Assembly: GCA_034189025.1 (NCBI GenBank) | Contig: JAXHVS010000142.1 | Coordinates: forward strand, 147-64,146 | Source of the DNA: Bacteroidota bacterium | Lineage (GTDB): Bacteria > Bacteroidota > Bacteroidia > Bacteroidales > UBA12077 | Direction of reading: 5' to 3' | Length of the DNA: 64,000 nucleotides | Shown: piece after piece, positions 18,262 to 28,231 of the stretch | How positions within the stretch are numbered: the first letter of the stretch is position 1 | Layout of the letters: each line of letters begins with the position of its first letter | Translations under genes and position numbers: made by a program | Notes under the pieces: generated by a model | The model's database searches: none | What the model saw: the letters and a program-made list of their open reading frames with translations, nothing else | Told to the model about the DNA's origin: nothing

Positions 18262-19506
18262 CTATAAATTTCTTTTGGATACGTAATGTAATGTAGATGA
18301 ATTGTTTTGATGAAAAAGTATTTTTGCAACCCTTTGAATATCTTGTTTGGTAACAGCTCTGAATTTTTTAACGTCATGGTTAATTCTTTCTGCATCGCCT
18401 AAAATTTCCTGGTAGGCCAGATCCATTGCTTTATTGAGCGCACTGATGTGGGCAAAGTTAAAAACGGACTCATACTTATTTTTTACTTTCTCAATTTCTG
18501 AATCATCAATATGGTAATTTATTAACTCGTTTAATTCATGCTCAATAGCTTTTTCGCCTTTTTCTATGCTAACACCTTTCATTAGTTTTCCGGTAATCAT
18601 AAATAGCCCTTCGTCGATATCGCCTGTGATATAAGCGTTGATATCGCTAAAAAGTTGTTTTTCTTTTATTAGCTTTTGATATAACCTTGCTGATTTACCA
18701 TTGGAAAGAATATCCGAAATTAAATCGGCAACATAATAATCCGGATGTTTTTTAGCGCTCATATGATAGGCCTTATAAATAGCATCGAAAGGAACATCGC
18801 GTTCAACCTGCATAAAACGTGGTTCTTTTTGTTGAGGTTCTTTCTGGATTTTGGGTTTAAAAATTTCACGCTTTTCAATAGGGCCAAACCATTTTTTAGC
18901 CAGCGATTTTATTTCATCAATTGTTACATTTCCGGCAACAGAGAGGATAGCATTATTAGGCGCATAGTGATGCATAAAAAAATCTTTAACATCCTGTAAT
19001 GTTGCATTTTCAATATGTGAAATATTTTTGCCAATGGTAGGCCACTGATAGGGATGTACTTTATAAGCCAAAGGTTTTAATAATAAAAAAGCATCACCGT
19101 AAGGTTGATTTAAGTACCGCTGATTATACTCTTCAATCACTACGTTTTTTTGTATTCTTAATTTTTTCTCCGAAAAGTCAAGGCTATACATCCGGTCTGA
19201 TTCCAGCCAAAATGCCGTTTCGATATTTTCTTTTGGGAGAGTTATATAATAATTGGTGATATCATTATTGGTAAATGCATTATTTTCACCACCAGCCATT
19301 TGCAATGCAGTATCAAAAGAGGGAATATTTATACTTCCTTCAAACATTAAATGCTCAAACAAATGGGCGAAACCGGTTTTGTTGGGGTCCTCATTCCGCG
19401 AACCGACATTGTACAGAAGATTGAAAGCTACGATAGGAGTAGATTTATCTTGATGAACAATTACTTTTAATCCGTTTTCGAGGGTAAATTTTTCAAATGT
19501 TATCAT
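18262..19506 (-). CDS. M16-family zinc peptidase (pitrilysin/insulinase-like), catalytic subunit
   Basis: GFAHLFEHLMFEGS contains the inverted zinc motif HxxEH, with a downstream E in NAFTNNDITNYY. Confidence 0.85.
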   Translation of the reverse strand: MITFEKFTLENGLKVIVHQDKSTPIVAFNLLYNVGSRNEDPNKTGFAHLFEHLMFEGSINIPSFDTALQMAGGENNAFTNNDITNYYITLPKENIETAFWLESDRMYSLDFSEKKLRIQKNVVIEEYNQRYLNQPYGDAFLLLKPLAYKVHPYQWPTIGKNISHIENATLQDVKDFFMHHYAPNNAILSVAGNVTIDEIKSLAKKWFGPIEKREIFKPKIQKEPQQKEPRFMQVERDVPFDAIYKAYHMSAKKHPDYYVADLISDILSNGKSARLYQKLIKEKQLFSDINAYITGDIDEGLFMITGKLMKGVSIEKGEKAIEHELNELINYHIDDSEIEKVKNKYESVFNFAHISALNKAMDLAYQEILGDAERINHDVKKFRAVTKQDIQRVAKILFHQNNSSTLHYVSKRNL

Positions 19507-19551
19507 ATGATATTCTTTTTAACATTGCAAACTTAGGAAATTAACACGTAT

Positions 19552-19585
19552 TTATTTAGATGCTTTAATTATTTAGATGCTTTAA
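19552..19585. repeat. Perfect 17-bp tandem duplication TTATTTAGATGCTTTAA x2
   Basis: 19552-19568 and 19569-19585 are identical and adjacent. They lie in the divergent intergenic region between the M16 operon (start 19506) and the ClC gene (start 19686). Confidence 0.9.
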
Positions 19586-19685
19586 AGAAAGTTAGTTTTT
19601 TTAAGGGATATTGAAAAAAAATCGTTTTTTTTACATCTTTATCTTTATGTCAATAACAGAATAATTAATGGATTAAAATACTAAA

Positions 19686-21464
19686 ATGGCTTTACAATCA
19701 TCTTTTATTAGACGATTTTTAATTTGGAGGGCAAAAAAGGTTAACGACAGGAAATTTATGATTTTCCTGAGTATTTTTGTCGGTGTTGTAGCTGGTTTTT
19801 CTGCTGTTATCATTAAAAATTCGGTACTTTTTATTCAGGAGCTATTAACCAAAAGTTTTGTTACTCAATACCAAAACTACCTGTATTTTATTTATCCTGC
19901 TATTGGTATTTTGTTGGTTGTTATTTTTACCCGATATATTTTAAAGCGCAAAGTAGGGCATGGTATACCGACTACTTTATACGCTATTGCTAAAGATAAT
20001 GGGAGAATAAAACCTCATAATATGTTTTCTTCTATTATTACAAGTGCTGTAACCGTAGGTTTTGGCGGTTCGGTAGGATTAGAAGGGCCAACGGTAGCAA
20101 CAGGAGCCGCTTGGGGTTCTAATATTGGCCGTTTTTTTAGATTGAACTACCGACAAATTCTATTGTTGATTGCTTCTGCAAGTGCTGCCTCTATGTCGGC
20201 CATCTTTAAAGCACCCATTACGGGCATCGTTTTTGTGTTAGAGGTAATTATGCTCGATTTAACTTTATCATCATTATTACCATTGTTGTTTGCTTCGGTG
20301 TCAGCTGCCATTACTTCGTACTTATTTCTGGGAATGGATGTTCTATATCCCATAACCGTAGTACATAAATTTACTATTGATAACTTATTATATTATATTT
20401 TGTTAGGTATTTTAACTGGTATGGTTTCAGTATATTTTACCCGTGTTTACAAGTTTATTCAGAGTCGTTTTGATGCAATAAATAAAAGCTTTACAAAATG
20501 GATTGTTGGAGCCGTAGGCTTAGGAATTATTATTTTCTTTTTTCCTTCACTTTACGGCGAAGGTTACGATTCTATAAATGCTTGTTTGCATGGTGATAAC
20601 AGCTATTTATTCAATAACAGTATTTTTTATGGGCTAAAAGATAATATGTTGTTTGTATTTATCTTTTTTTTATTGGTCATCTTTTTTAAAGTTATTGCTA
20701 CTTCTATAACTTTCGGAGCAGGCGGGGTGGGAGGTATTTTTGCACCTACTCTTTTTATAGGAGCCAATACAGGCCTTATGTTTGCAGAGTTTTTAAACTA
20801 CTATGAAATCAGAGAGTTACCTCCGAGTAATTTTGCCCTAATAGGGATGGGAGGGCTAATTGCAGGGGTGCTGCATGCTCCACTTACAGGAATATTTCTT
20901 ATAGCTGAAATTACCGGAGGATATGCGCTTTTTTTACCTTTAATGATAGCTGCAAGTACTTCTTTTGCAACCACTCGTATTTTTGAAAAGTATTCGGTAT
21001 ATACTTATCAATTAGCCCGAAGAGGTGAATTGTTTACTCATGATAAAGATAAGGTTGTACTTTCACTGCTTAAAGTAAATCAATTAATTGAAAAAGATTT
21101 TTTAACTATAAACGAAGAAGCAACACTCGGCGATTTGGTTAAAGTGATTGCTAAATCGAAACGTAATATTGTTCCGGTAATTGATGAAGAAAATAAATTA
21201 CATGGTATTATTTTTATAAATGATATCAGAGAAATCATGTTTCAACGAGAATTATACGATAAGGTTTTTGTAAAAGAGTTGATGTTTATGCCTACGCCAA
21301 CTGTATCGCCAGATGAATCGATGGAAGATGTAGCCCGTAAATTCCAGACTACCAATCATTATAATTTACCTGTTATTAAAGATGGCAAATATGTAGGCTT
21401 CGTAAGCCGCGCAAATGTTTTTTCTGCCTATCGTGATTTGTTAAGTAAATTTTCTGAGGATTAA
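19686..21464 (+). CDS. ClC-family voltage-gated chloride channel with C-terminal CBS pair (paralog 1)
   Basis: GGSVGLEGPTV (GxEGP), GGVGGIFAPTLFIG (GxFxP), LHAPLTGIFLIAEITG. Two CBS modules at the C-terminus. Confidence 0.85.
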   Translation: MALQSSFIRRFLIWRAKKVNDRKFMIFLSIFVGVVAGFSAVIIKNSVLFIQELLTKSFVTQYQNYLYFIYPAIGILLVVIFTRYILKRKVGHGIPTTLYAIAKDNGRIKPHNMFSSIITSAVTVGFGGSVGLEGPTVATGAAWGSNIGRFFRLNYRQILLLIASASAASMSAIFKAPITGIVFVLEVIMLDLTLSSLLPLLFASVSAAITSYLFLGMDVLYPITVVHKFTIDNLLYYILLGILTGMVSVYFTRVYKFIQSRFDAINKSFTKWIVGAVGLGIIIFFFPSLYGEGYDSINACLHGDNSYLFNNSIFYGLKDNMLFVFIFFLLVIFFKVIATSITFGAGGVGGIFAPTLFIGANTGLMFAEFLNYYEIRELPPSNFALIGMGGLIAGVLHAPLTGIFLIAEITGGYALFLPLMIAASTSFATTRIFEKYSVYTYQLARRGELFTHDKDKVVLSLLKVNQLIEKDFLTINEEATLGDLVKVIAKSKRNIVPVIDEENKLHGIIFINDIREIMFQRELYDKVFVKELMFMPTPTVSPDESMEDVARKFQTTNHYNLPVIKDGKYVGFVSRANVFSAYRDLLSKFSED

Positions 21465-21498
21465 AATTATCTGATTTTAAATATTTAGATCAGAACAA

Positions 21499-23328
21499 TT
21501 GATTATTTTTGTATCAGTTTTAAAAATCCATTTGGCTGTGTTATTCAGATTTAATAGAGGACAACGGTTTTCAAGACGAATACTTATATGGCGGAATAAA
21601 CATATTAGTGAACGTAAACTAGTATTAATTCTGAGCTTTGTTATTGGTATTTTAAGCGGTTTAGCCGCAGTATTGTTAAAATCTACGGTACATTATACCC
21701 ATCAATTTTTATCTACACGGTTTTTACATGGTGATTTTAATTATTTGTATCTTTTTTTACCATTGGCAGGAATTACATTAACCGTATTGTATATAAAATT
21801 TTTTGTTAAGGATGATATAAGCCATGGAGTATCAAAAATTTTATATGCTCTTTCAAAAAATAACGGACGGATAAGACCACATAATAACTACTCTTCGATT
21901 GTTGCCAGTACGCTTACAATTGGCTTTGGTGGTTCGGTAGGAGCTGAGGCCCCTGTGGTATTAACAGGTGCATCTATTGGCTCCAATCTTGGCCATTATT
22001 TTCGGTTAAATTTTAAATCGGTTGCTCTTTTGTTAGCCTGTGGTACAGCAGGAGCAATTGGAGGTATTTTTAAAGCACCTATAGCAGGGTTAGTATTTGC
22101 TATAGAGGTATTGATGCTTGATTTAACGTTGAGTTCAATAGTTCCATTATTAATCTCATCTGTAACCGGAGCAACAGTTGCTTATCTTTTAATGGGGAAA
22201 GGAGTGGTTTTGTCAGTACTTAATACGCAACCATTTGCCTTAAATAATATTCCTTTTTATATTTTATTAGGTTTGTTGTGTGGATTAATATCCTTCTATT
22301 TTACTAAATCAGCCATGAATATTGAATCCTATTTGGGGAAAATTAAATCCAATACGCGTAGGATTATTACCGGAGGGTTAACACTTGCCGTAATGATATT
22401 CTTATTCCCTTCATTGTATGGTGAAGGAACGTCAACCCTTCAATCATTACTTAATGGGAGTGTCGAAGGGATTCCCAAAAATCGAATATTCTTATTATTC
22501 TCCAAAACAGAAGGGTTAATCCTTATTTATTTTGGTTTACTTTTATTGTTGAAAGTTATTGCCATGTCCATAACAAATGGAAGTGGCGGGATAGGAGGTA
22601 TTTTTGGGCCAACGCTTTTTGTGGGAGGAGTAACCGGATATTGGTTATCAAGATTAATTAACTCCTTTGGTTTTATTGAATTGCCTCAGGGTAATTTTGC
22701 TTTAGTAGGAATGGCCGGGCTTATGGCTGGTGTAATGCATGCCCCGCTAACGTCTATCTTTCTTATTGCCGAAATTACTGGTGGGTATAGTTTATTTATT
22801 CCGCTGATGATTACTGCTACAATTGCTTATATTACTATTTTATCATTTACAAAACATTCGATGTACACCCAACGGCTTGCCGAGCGTGGAGAATTGTTAA
22901 CTCATCATAAAGATGAAGTGGTTTTAACTTTAATGAAATTAGATAGTGTTATCGAGAAAGATTTTGTTACGGTAAATGTTGATCAATCGTTAGGTGAGCT
23001 TGTAAAGGCTGTTTCACAATCCAAACGAAATATTTTTCCTGTATTAAACGAAAAACAAGAGTTGGTAGGAATTGTATTACTGGATAATATCCGTCAGGTG
23101 ATGTTCGACAGAGAACGATACGATGATACCTTTGTTTCGGACGTGATGATTTCTCCCCCCGAAATTGTTGATGTTACTGATAATATGGAGGTAGTAATGA
23201 AAAAGTTTAACACCAGTGGAGCATGGAACCTCCCGGTGATGAAAGACGGCAAATATGTAGGATTTGTATCAAAATCCAAAATTTTTAATACCTACCGAGA
23301 CCTGTTGGTTCAGGTTTCTGAATACTGA
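21499..23328 (+). CDS. ClC-family chloride channel with CBS pair (paralog 2; start codon uncertain)
   Basis: Same motifs (GGSVGAEAPVV, GGIGGIFGPTLFVG, MHAPLTSIFLIAEITG). There is no in-frame ATG near the 5' end. Candidates are TTG 21499, TTG 21532 (gives MAVLFRF..RRILIWR, matching paralog 1 MALQSSFIRRFLIWR) or GTG 21538. Confidence 0.8.
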   Translation: MIIFVSVLKIHLAVLFRFNRGQRFSRRILIWRNKHISERKLVLILSFVIGILSGLAAVLLKSTVHYTHQFLSTRFLHGDFNYLYLFLPLAGITLTVLYIKFFVKDDISHGVSKILYALSKNNGRIRPHNNYSSIVASTLTIGFGGSVGAEAPVVLTGASIGSNLGHYFRLNFKSVALLLACGTAGAIGGIFKAPIAGLVFAIEVLMLDLTLSSIVPLLISSVTGATVAYLLMGKGVVLSVLNTQPFALNNIPFYILLGLLCGLISFYFTKSAMNIESYLGKIKSNTRRIITGGLTLAVMIFLFPSLYGEGTSTLQSLLNGSVEGIPKNRIFLLFSKTEGLILIYFGLLLLLKVIAMSITNGSGGIGGIFGPTLFVGGVTGYWLSRLINSFGFIELPQGNFALVGMAGLMAGVMHAPLTSIFLIAEITGGYSLFIPLMITATIAYITILSFTKHSMYTQRLAERGELLTHHKDEVVLTLMKLDSVIEKDFVTVNVDQSLGELVKAVSQSKRNIFPVLNEKQELVGIVLLDNIRQVMFDRERYDDTFVSDVMISPPEIVDVTDNMEVVMKKFNTSGAWNLPVMKDGKYVGFVSKSKIFNTYRDLLVQVSEY

Positions 23329-23339
23329 ACTAACGATCA

Positions 23340-23777
23340 CTGTTTCTTTCCTAAAAAAAATTATAGAACAAAATCAGGTTATTGCAAGGCAAAAAGATAT
23401 AACTATCCATTTTAAGCAGGGATCGAATGATTTTATTGCACAAATAGATATACAGAAAATTGAACAGGTGCAATAATTTGCTAAGTAATTCAATTAAATA
23501 CTCAGAGCCCGGAACAGATATTTTAATTAAGCTAAGTGAAAGTAACAACTTTTTTAAAACCGAAGTGATTGACCAGGGACAGGGTATCCCGGAAGAAGAT
23601 ATACCCAAATTATTTAATCCGTTTCAAACAACGGGTGTAAAATCAACAGCCGGAGAAAAAAGTACTGGCCTTGGCCTTGCAATTACTAAAAAAATTATTG
23701 CCGAACATGGAGGAGAAATAAATATTGAAAGTGAACCGGGTAAAGGTTCAAATTTTTATTTTTTACTACCATTGTAA
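23340..23777 (+). pseudogene. Histidine kinase remnant: catalytic (HATPase_c) domain only, with internal frameshift
   Basis: Frame 1 reads ...DITIHFKQGSNDFIAQIDIQKIEQV and stops. Frame 2 continues NNLLSNSIKYSEPGTDILIKL...DQGQGIPEEDIPKLFNPF...GLGLAITKKIIAEHGGEINIESEPGKGSNFYF (N, G1, G2 boxes). The frames join at 23470-23472, where a Leu codon is reduced to a single c. No HisKA or sensor part lies upstream, because the ClC stop is at 23328. Confidence 0.75.
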
Positions 23778-23797
23778 GCAAGAAAAAAAAATTGATT

Positions 23798-25566
23798 TTA
23801 TTTATTGGAGACGTATAGGTTAGGTTTAGAAAATTCCTTAACCTGTTTCTGAAATTCATTTTTAAAGATAACGCTAAAAACCGAACCCTCACCTTTTTCA
23901 CTTTGTACCTTTATTTCGGCACCATTTAATTCCAGCAGTTTCTTTGTAATCGATAATCCCAGTCCAATACCCTCATATTGCCTTGTATAGCCTGCATCTT
24001 CCTGCGAATAGGGAGTAAAAATGTTGTTGAGGTAATCGCTGCTCATCCCAATACCGGTATCTTCTATGGCAATAATTAAATCATTTTTTTCATTGTGAGA
24101 ACAGCTTATTTTAACAAGTCCATTCTCGGTACGGTATATTTAATTGCATTTTGAATAATATTAGAAAAAGCATTTTCTACAGCATATTGATCAATAATAA
24201 GTTGTGTGTTTTCCGTGTTTTGTTCAATGATAATTTCGAGATTTTTCTTTTTTATCTCCACCTGATGTTCTTCGAGGATGTTTTCAATAATTTGTATGAA
24301 ATCAACTTTTAAAGGTTTAATTTCCATATCGTCTGCATTAAGCTTTGCGTAATCAAGCATCATATCTACCGTTCGTTCTAACCTGCTGGATGCATTAAAG
24401 ATTATCTGGAAAAATTCATTACTCCGGTCATCGATATGTTTTTCAAATTTGCTTTTCAAAATATTTGTAAAACCATTGATAGCATTCAACGGGGTTCTGA
24501 TTTCATGCGATATATTGCCAATAAATACATCTTTAATTTTACTTGCTTTTTCAGCTTCCTCTTTAGCCACTAAAAGTTGTTTCTCATATTCTTTTAAATG
24601 GGTGATATCTATTATCATTCCCGAAATTTCATCTCCGTTTAAAGATGCATTTATTGTTATATTTTTCGCCTCTCCAAGTTTGGTTAATAATAATATTTCA
24701 TAATTAGATATCCGCTTATTTTGCTTAATTGTATTAATCAGTTTTTCTCTTTGTTCTTTGGCAGGATATAAATCATTTATATTAATTTCATCCGAATTTG
24801 TATACCCCAAAATATTACAAAATGCCTTGTTGGCATAAATTAATTCTCCGTTAATATTTGAAGTATATATACCTACTAATGAATTTTCAACCAGGTTTTT
24901 ATATTTTTGTTCTGATTTTTGTAAAGCTATTTCAGTTAATTTTTGTTCGGTAATATCAGTAATATATCCTTCAATCCATCTTAATTCCCCATTCTCGTTA
25001 TAATTACCAACACCCTGTTCCCATACCCACTTTGTTGCATTTTTTTTTGTTTTTATGCGGTATGTTATCCTAAATTGTTTATTTATTTCAAGCGCTTGTT
25101 GTATTTTGTTTTGTACTTTTTGGCGGTCTGCGGGTACAATCAAATGTGCATAAGCTATTTTTTTATTGTTAATGAGTTCTTCGGGTTTATATCCGGTAAT
25201 TTCTTCAATTCCGTTGCTTAAATAGCTCATAGTCCAGTTAGTGTCGTTTTGGCAGCGATAAACGATACCCTTTAAATTGCCAATTAAAATGGATAGTTGT
25301 TTTTCCTTTTCTTTTAATTGTTTGAGATATTTAATATGCCTGGTCTTTCGTTGATCAATGTCTATAAACTTTTTGATTGATTTTGAGGTTAATATATAAA
25401 TTAAAACGGTTGAGAGTAAAACAAAAATCCAACCTTTATAGGTTTGTATTTTGGATAGGATTACCGGGTCATATCCAAAAGATAACAGGATTTTATCCGA
25501 AAGGGTAATCCATAAAAAACTAAGCGTAAAATAAATTAAAGTAATTAACCAGGCAGATTTATTCAT
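23798..25566 (-). pseudogene. PAS-domain sensor histidine kinase interrupted by a 5-bp tandem duplication
   Basis: ORF 24106..25566 (2 TM, two PAS, HisKA ISHEIRTPLNAINGF) ends ...NAIKYTVPRMDLLK*. ORF 23798..24046 carries the rest of HATPase_c (GIGLGLSITKKLLELNGAEIKVQSEKGEGSVFS). CGGTACGGTA at 24127-24136 is a CGGTA duplication. Removing one copy restores NAIKYT-ENGLVKISCSHNEKNDLIIAIEDTGIGMSSDY. Confidence 0.8.
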
Positions 25567-25799
25567 ATTAAGAAGAGTAGTTTAGTCTAATACAAGATAA
25601 GAAAATTAAATCTTTTTATATGTTTGAAACAATAATTTTAAAATAAAGTTTAATTCTTATTAGTTGATTACTATAAGTTAATAAATAACAAAAACTTTAA
25701 TAAGTTTAATATTTTATACGGAAATTTGAAACAACAGTTGCATGTTTTTCGGTTAAAAAATAGTAAATTTATTGAAATTCTAAACGTTAATATTTTAAA

Positions 25800-28202
25800 A
25801 TGGGAAAAACAGTTCTTGAAAAATGTACATTACTTTATGTTGATGATAGTGATGCCAATCTATATCTTTTTGAAGAAAATTTTAGTGAAGAATATAATGT
25901 ATTGACTGCATTATCGGGAGCTGAAGCCTTAGAAATTGTAAAAGAAAAACACCTCGATGTTATTATTTCAGATCAGGCAATGCCCAAAATGACAGGAGTT
26001 GAGTTTTTTGAGAATGTTATGAGAATTAATCCAGGGCCCAATCGGATTCTTTTAACAGCATATAGTGATATTAAGGCATTGGCAGATGCGGTAAATAAAA
26101 CTAAAATTTATCAGTATGTTAATAAACCGTGGGATTACGAAAAGCTTAAAACCATTATTGATCATGCGATAAATGAATATAAACTTAGGGAGAGTAATGT
26201 TGAACTTACCCAAAAGTTAAAAAAGCAAACTGAAGAGTTACAGGAACTGCTAAAATCGAAGACCGAATTATTAAATCAGCTGGAAAAGTCAAACGAAGCC
26301 CTTGAGAAAAGTGAAATCCGCTTAAAGCGGATTATTGATTTATCTCCAATCCCTATTTTTGTTGAAGATTTTGACGGGAATTTAAATATATTGAATGATC
26401 AGTTTAAAGCAGTTTTTGGGTACACATTGAAAGACATTCCTAATGCTGACAAATGGTATGAGTTAGCCTATCCCGATACTGAATATCGCAAAAGACATAA
26501 ACAAATCTGGGATAACCAAATAAAACTAGCCATTGAAAACAATACCGTAATGGAACCTATTGAAGCCATTGTACGGTGTAAAAGCGGTGAGAATAAAGTG
26601 ATTCAAATACAATCCTCGCCTATTGATAATAATATTGTAACCATGATTAATGATCTAACAAAGGTTAAAACCCTGGAAAAAGATATATCCTTTCGGATAA
26701 AAATGGAAGAAGAACTTCGAAGTGCAAAACAAAAAGCTGATGCTGCCAGTAAATCGAAAAGTGAATTTATTGCCAGCATGAGCCATGAAATTCGTACACC
26801 CATGAATTCAATATTGGGCTTTGCTGATTTATTAGAACAGGAACTCGATAATTCCGTGATGGTGGATTATGTAAAATCAATACAATCAAGTGGCAAAACA
26901 TTGCTCAGCTTAATAAATGATATTCTTGATTTTTCGAAAATTGAAGCCGGGAAAACAGAGATTAAATATGAATCGGTACATATTCGAGGATTAATCCAGG
27001 ATATTGCTGAAATTTTTAAATTTAGTGCGAAAGAAAAAAATTTAGACCTAGTTACAGAGTTAGATGATCATTTGCCTGATTACCTAATGCTTGATGAGTT
27101 ACGCATAAAGCAAATATTACTAAATTTGGTTAGTAATGCCGTAAAATTTACCGAAAATGGGTTTGTAAAAATCAGTGCAAATGTAAATAAGATTTCAGAA
27201 GAGAACGTTGAATTGTCCATAAAGGTTAAGGACACCGGTATTGGTATCGACTCCAAACAACAAGAAAAGGTTTTTAAAGTTTTTGAACAAATGGAAGGGC
27301 AGGATAACAAAAGATACGGAGGTACTGGTTTGGGACTAGCCATTTCGAATAAATTGGCCAGTTTAATGGACGGTAAAATATTGCTTGAAAGCAAAAAAAA
27401 TAAAGGTAGTACATTTACTTTAACATTAAATAATGTAGAAATTGCTGGAGACACAGATGAACAAAAGACTGTATTAGATTCTGGAAATGAAAAAATTAAT
27501 TTTAAACCGGCTAAAGTTTTAATTGTTGACGATAATGAAAGTAACCGTAAAGTATTACAATTAAAATTAATGAAATATAATTTTGAAATTTTTGAAGTAA
27601 CGAATGGTATCCAAGCATTATCAATACTTAAAAATACTATCCCTGATATTATGTTTATCGATTTAAACATGCCCGAAATGAATGGTTATGAGTTGTATGA
27701 AAAAATTTGTGAGAATTACACATTAAAAAATATTCCTGCCATTGCTGTTACAGCCTTTACCTTGGATCATGATGAAGAAAAAGTGCTTAATGCTGGCTTT
27801 GCTGGCTATGTGAGTAAACCTGTAGATTTTAAAATAATTTTTAGTATACTTAAAAAGTATATTGAATACGAAGAATTAACTGAAACGGAGGATCAAAGTA
27901 TTTCGTATAGCCAATTAGAATTGAAGGAAGAAGCATTAAAAAATTTGCCTTTTTTATTGAGAGAGTTAGAAGAACAGAGTGCTCCTTATCTTGAAAAAAT
28001 GCAACATATCCTGCCCAAAAAGGTTGTGGCTGGGTTTGCCCAAATGTTAATTAGCATGGGCGAAAAATATAATAATAAAGCGGTAACTAATTATGGACAT
28101 GAAATAATGAATGCTTCCAAAGCTTTTAATGTGGAAAAAGAAAAAGAATTAATCAAACGGTTTAAGCCGTTTGTCGAAAAATTTAAAAATCTATTGCCAT
28201 AA
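25800..28202 (+). CDS. Hybrid sensor histidine kinase: REC - coiled coil - PAS - HisKA - HATPase_c - REC - HPt-like tail
   Basis: N-terminal REC (VIISDQAMPKMTG), PAS, MSHEIRTPMNSILGF, NLVSNAVKFT / DTGIGI / GTGLGLAI, second REC (IMFIDLNMPEMNGYE), ~110-aa helical C-terminal tail. Confidence 0.85.
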   Translation: MGKTVLEKCTLLYVDDSDANLYLFEENFSEEYNVLTALSGAEALEIVKEKHLDVIISDQAMPKMTGVEFFENVMRINPGPNRILLTAYSDIKALADAVNKTKIYQYVNKPWDYEKLKTIIDHAINEYKLRESNVELTQKLKKQTEELQELLKSKTELLNQLEKSNEALEKSEIRLKRIIDLSPIPIFVEDFDGNLNILNDQFKAVFGYTLKDIPNADKWYELAYPDTEYRKRHKQIWDNQIKLAIENNTVMEPIEAIVRCKSGENKVIQIQSSPIDNNIVTMINDLTKVKTLEKDISFRIKMEEELRSAKQKADAASKSKSEFIASMSHEIRTPMNSILGFADLLEQELDNSVMVDYVKSIQSSGKTLLSLINDILDFSKIEAGKTEIKYESVHIRGLIQDIAEIFKFSAKEKNLDLVTELDDHLPDYLMLDELRIKQILLNLVSNAVKFTENGFVKISANVNKISEENVELSIKVKDTGIGIDSKQQEKVFKVFEQMEGQDNKRYGGTGLGLAISNKLASLMDGKILLESKKNKGSTFTLTLNNVEIAGDTDEQKTVLDSGNEKINFKPAKVLIVDDNESNRKVLQLKLMKYNFEIFEVTNGIQALSILKNTIPDIMFIDLNMPEMNGYELYEKICENYTLKNIPAIAVTAFTLDHDEEKVLNAGFAGYVSKPVDFKIIFSILKKYIEYEELTETEDQSISYSQLELKEEALKNLPFLLRELEEQSAPYLEKMQHILPKKVVAGFAQMLISMGEKYNNKAVTNYGHEIMNASKAFNVEKEKELIKRFKPFVEKFKNLLP

Positions 28203-28231
28203 ATGAATTTATTTTAAAAAAGAGAACCTGA

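Noticed and set aside
18258-18395. Upstream extension of the second M16 gene, which would overlap the first by 134 nt
   Set aside because: The extension (MQKELTMTLKNSELLPNK...) has no peptidase similarity. An ATG 5 nt after the upstream stop gives the usual operon junction.
19686-23328. Possibility that the ClC pair are CLC-F fluoride/proton antiporters compensating for the dead crcB
   Set aside because: Both are long ClC proteins with C-terminal CBS pairs and GxEGP / GxFxP motifs, unlike the short CBS-less CLC-F clade as I recall it. No riboswitch-like leader is visible upstream. This cannot be excluded without a phylogeny.
25619-25737. TATGTTTG -7-like box (25619-25626) and twin TTTGAAACAA words (25623 and 25727) upstream of the hybrid kinase operon
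   Set aside because: The -7-like box is ~170 nt from the ATG, and such words are expected by chance in this AT-rich spacer. Not reported as a feature, but worth a look if the operon promoter is mapped.
27080-27670. 196-aa antisense ORF inside the hybrid kinase gene
   Set aside because: The opposite strand carries unmistakable HATPase_c and REC motifs. The antisense product is low-complexity (S/F/L/I-rich), as expected from AT-rich antisense frames.
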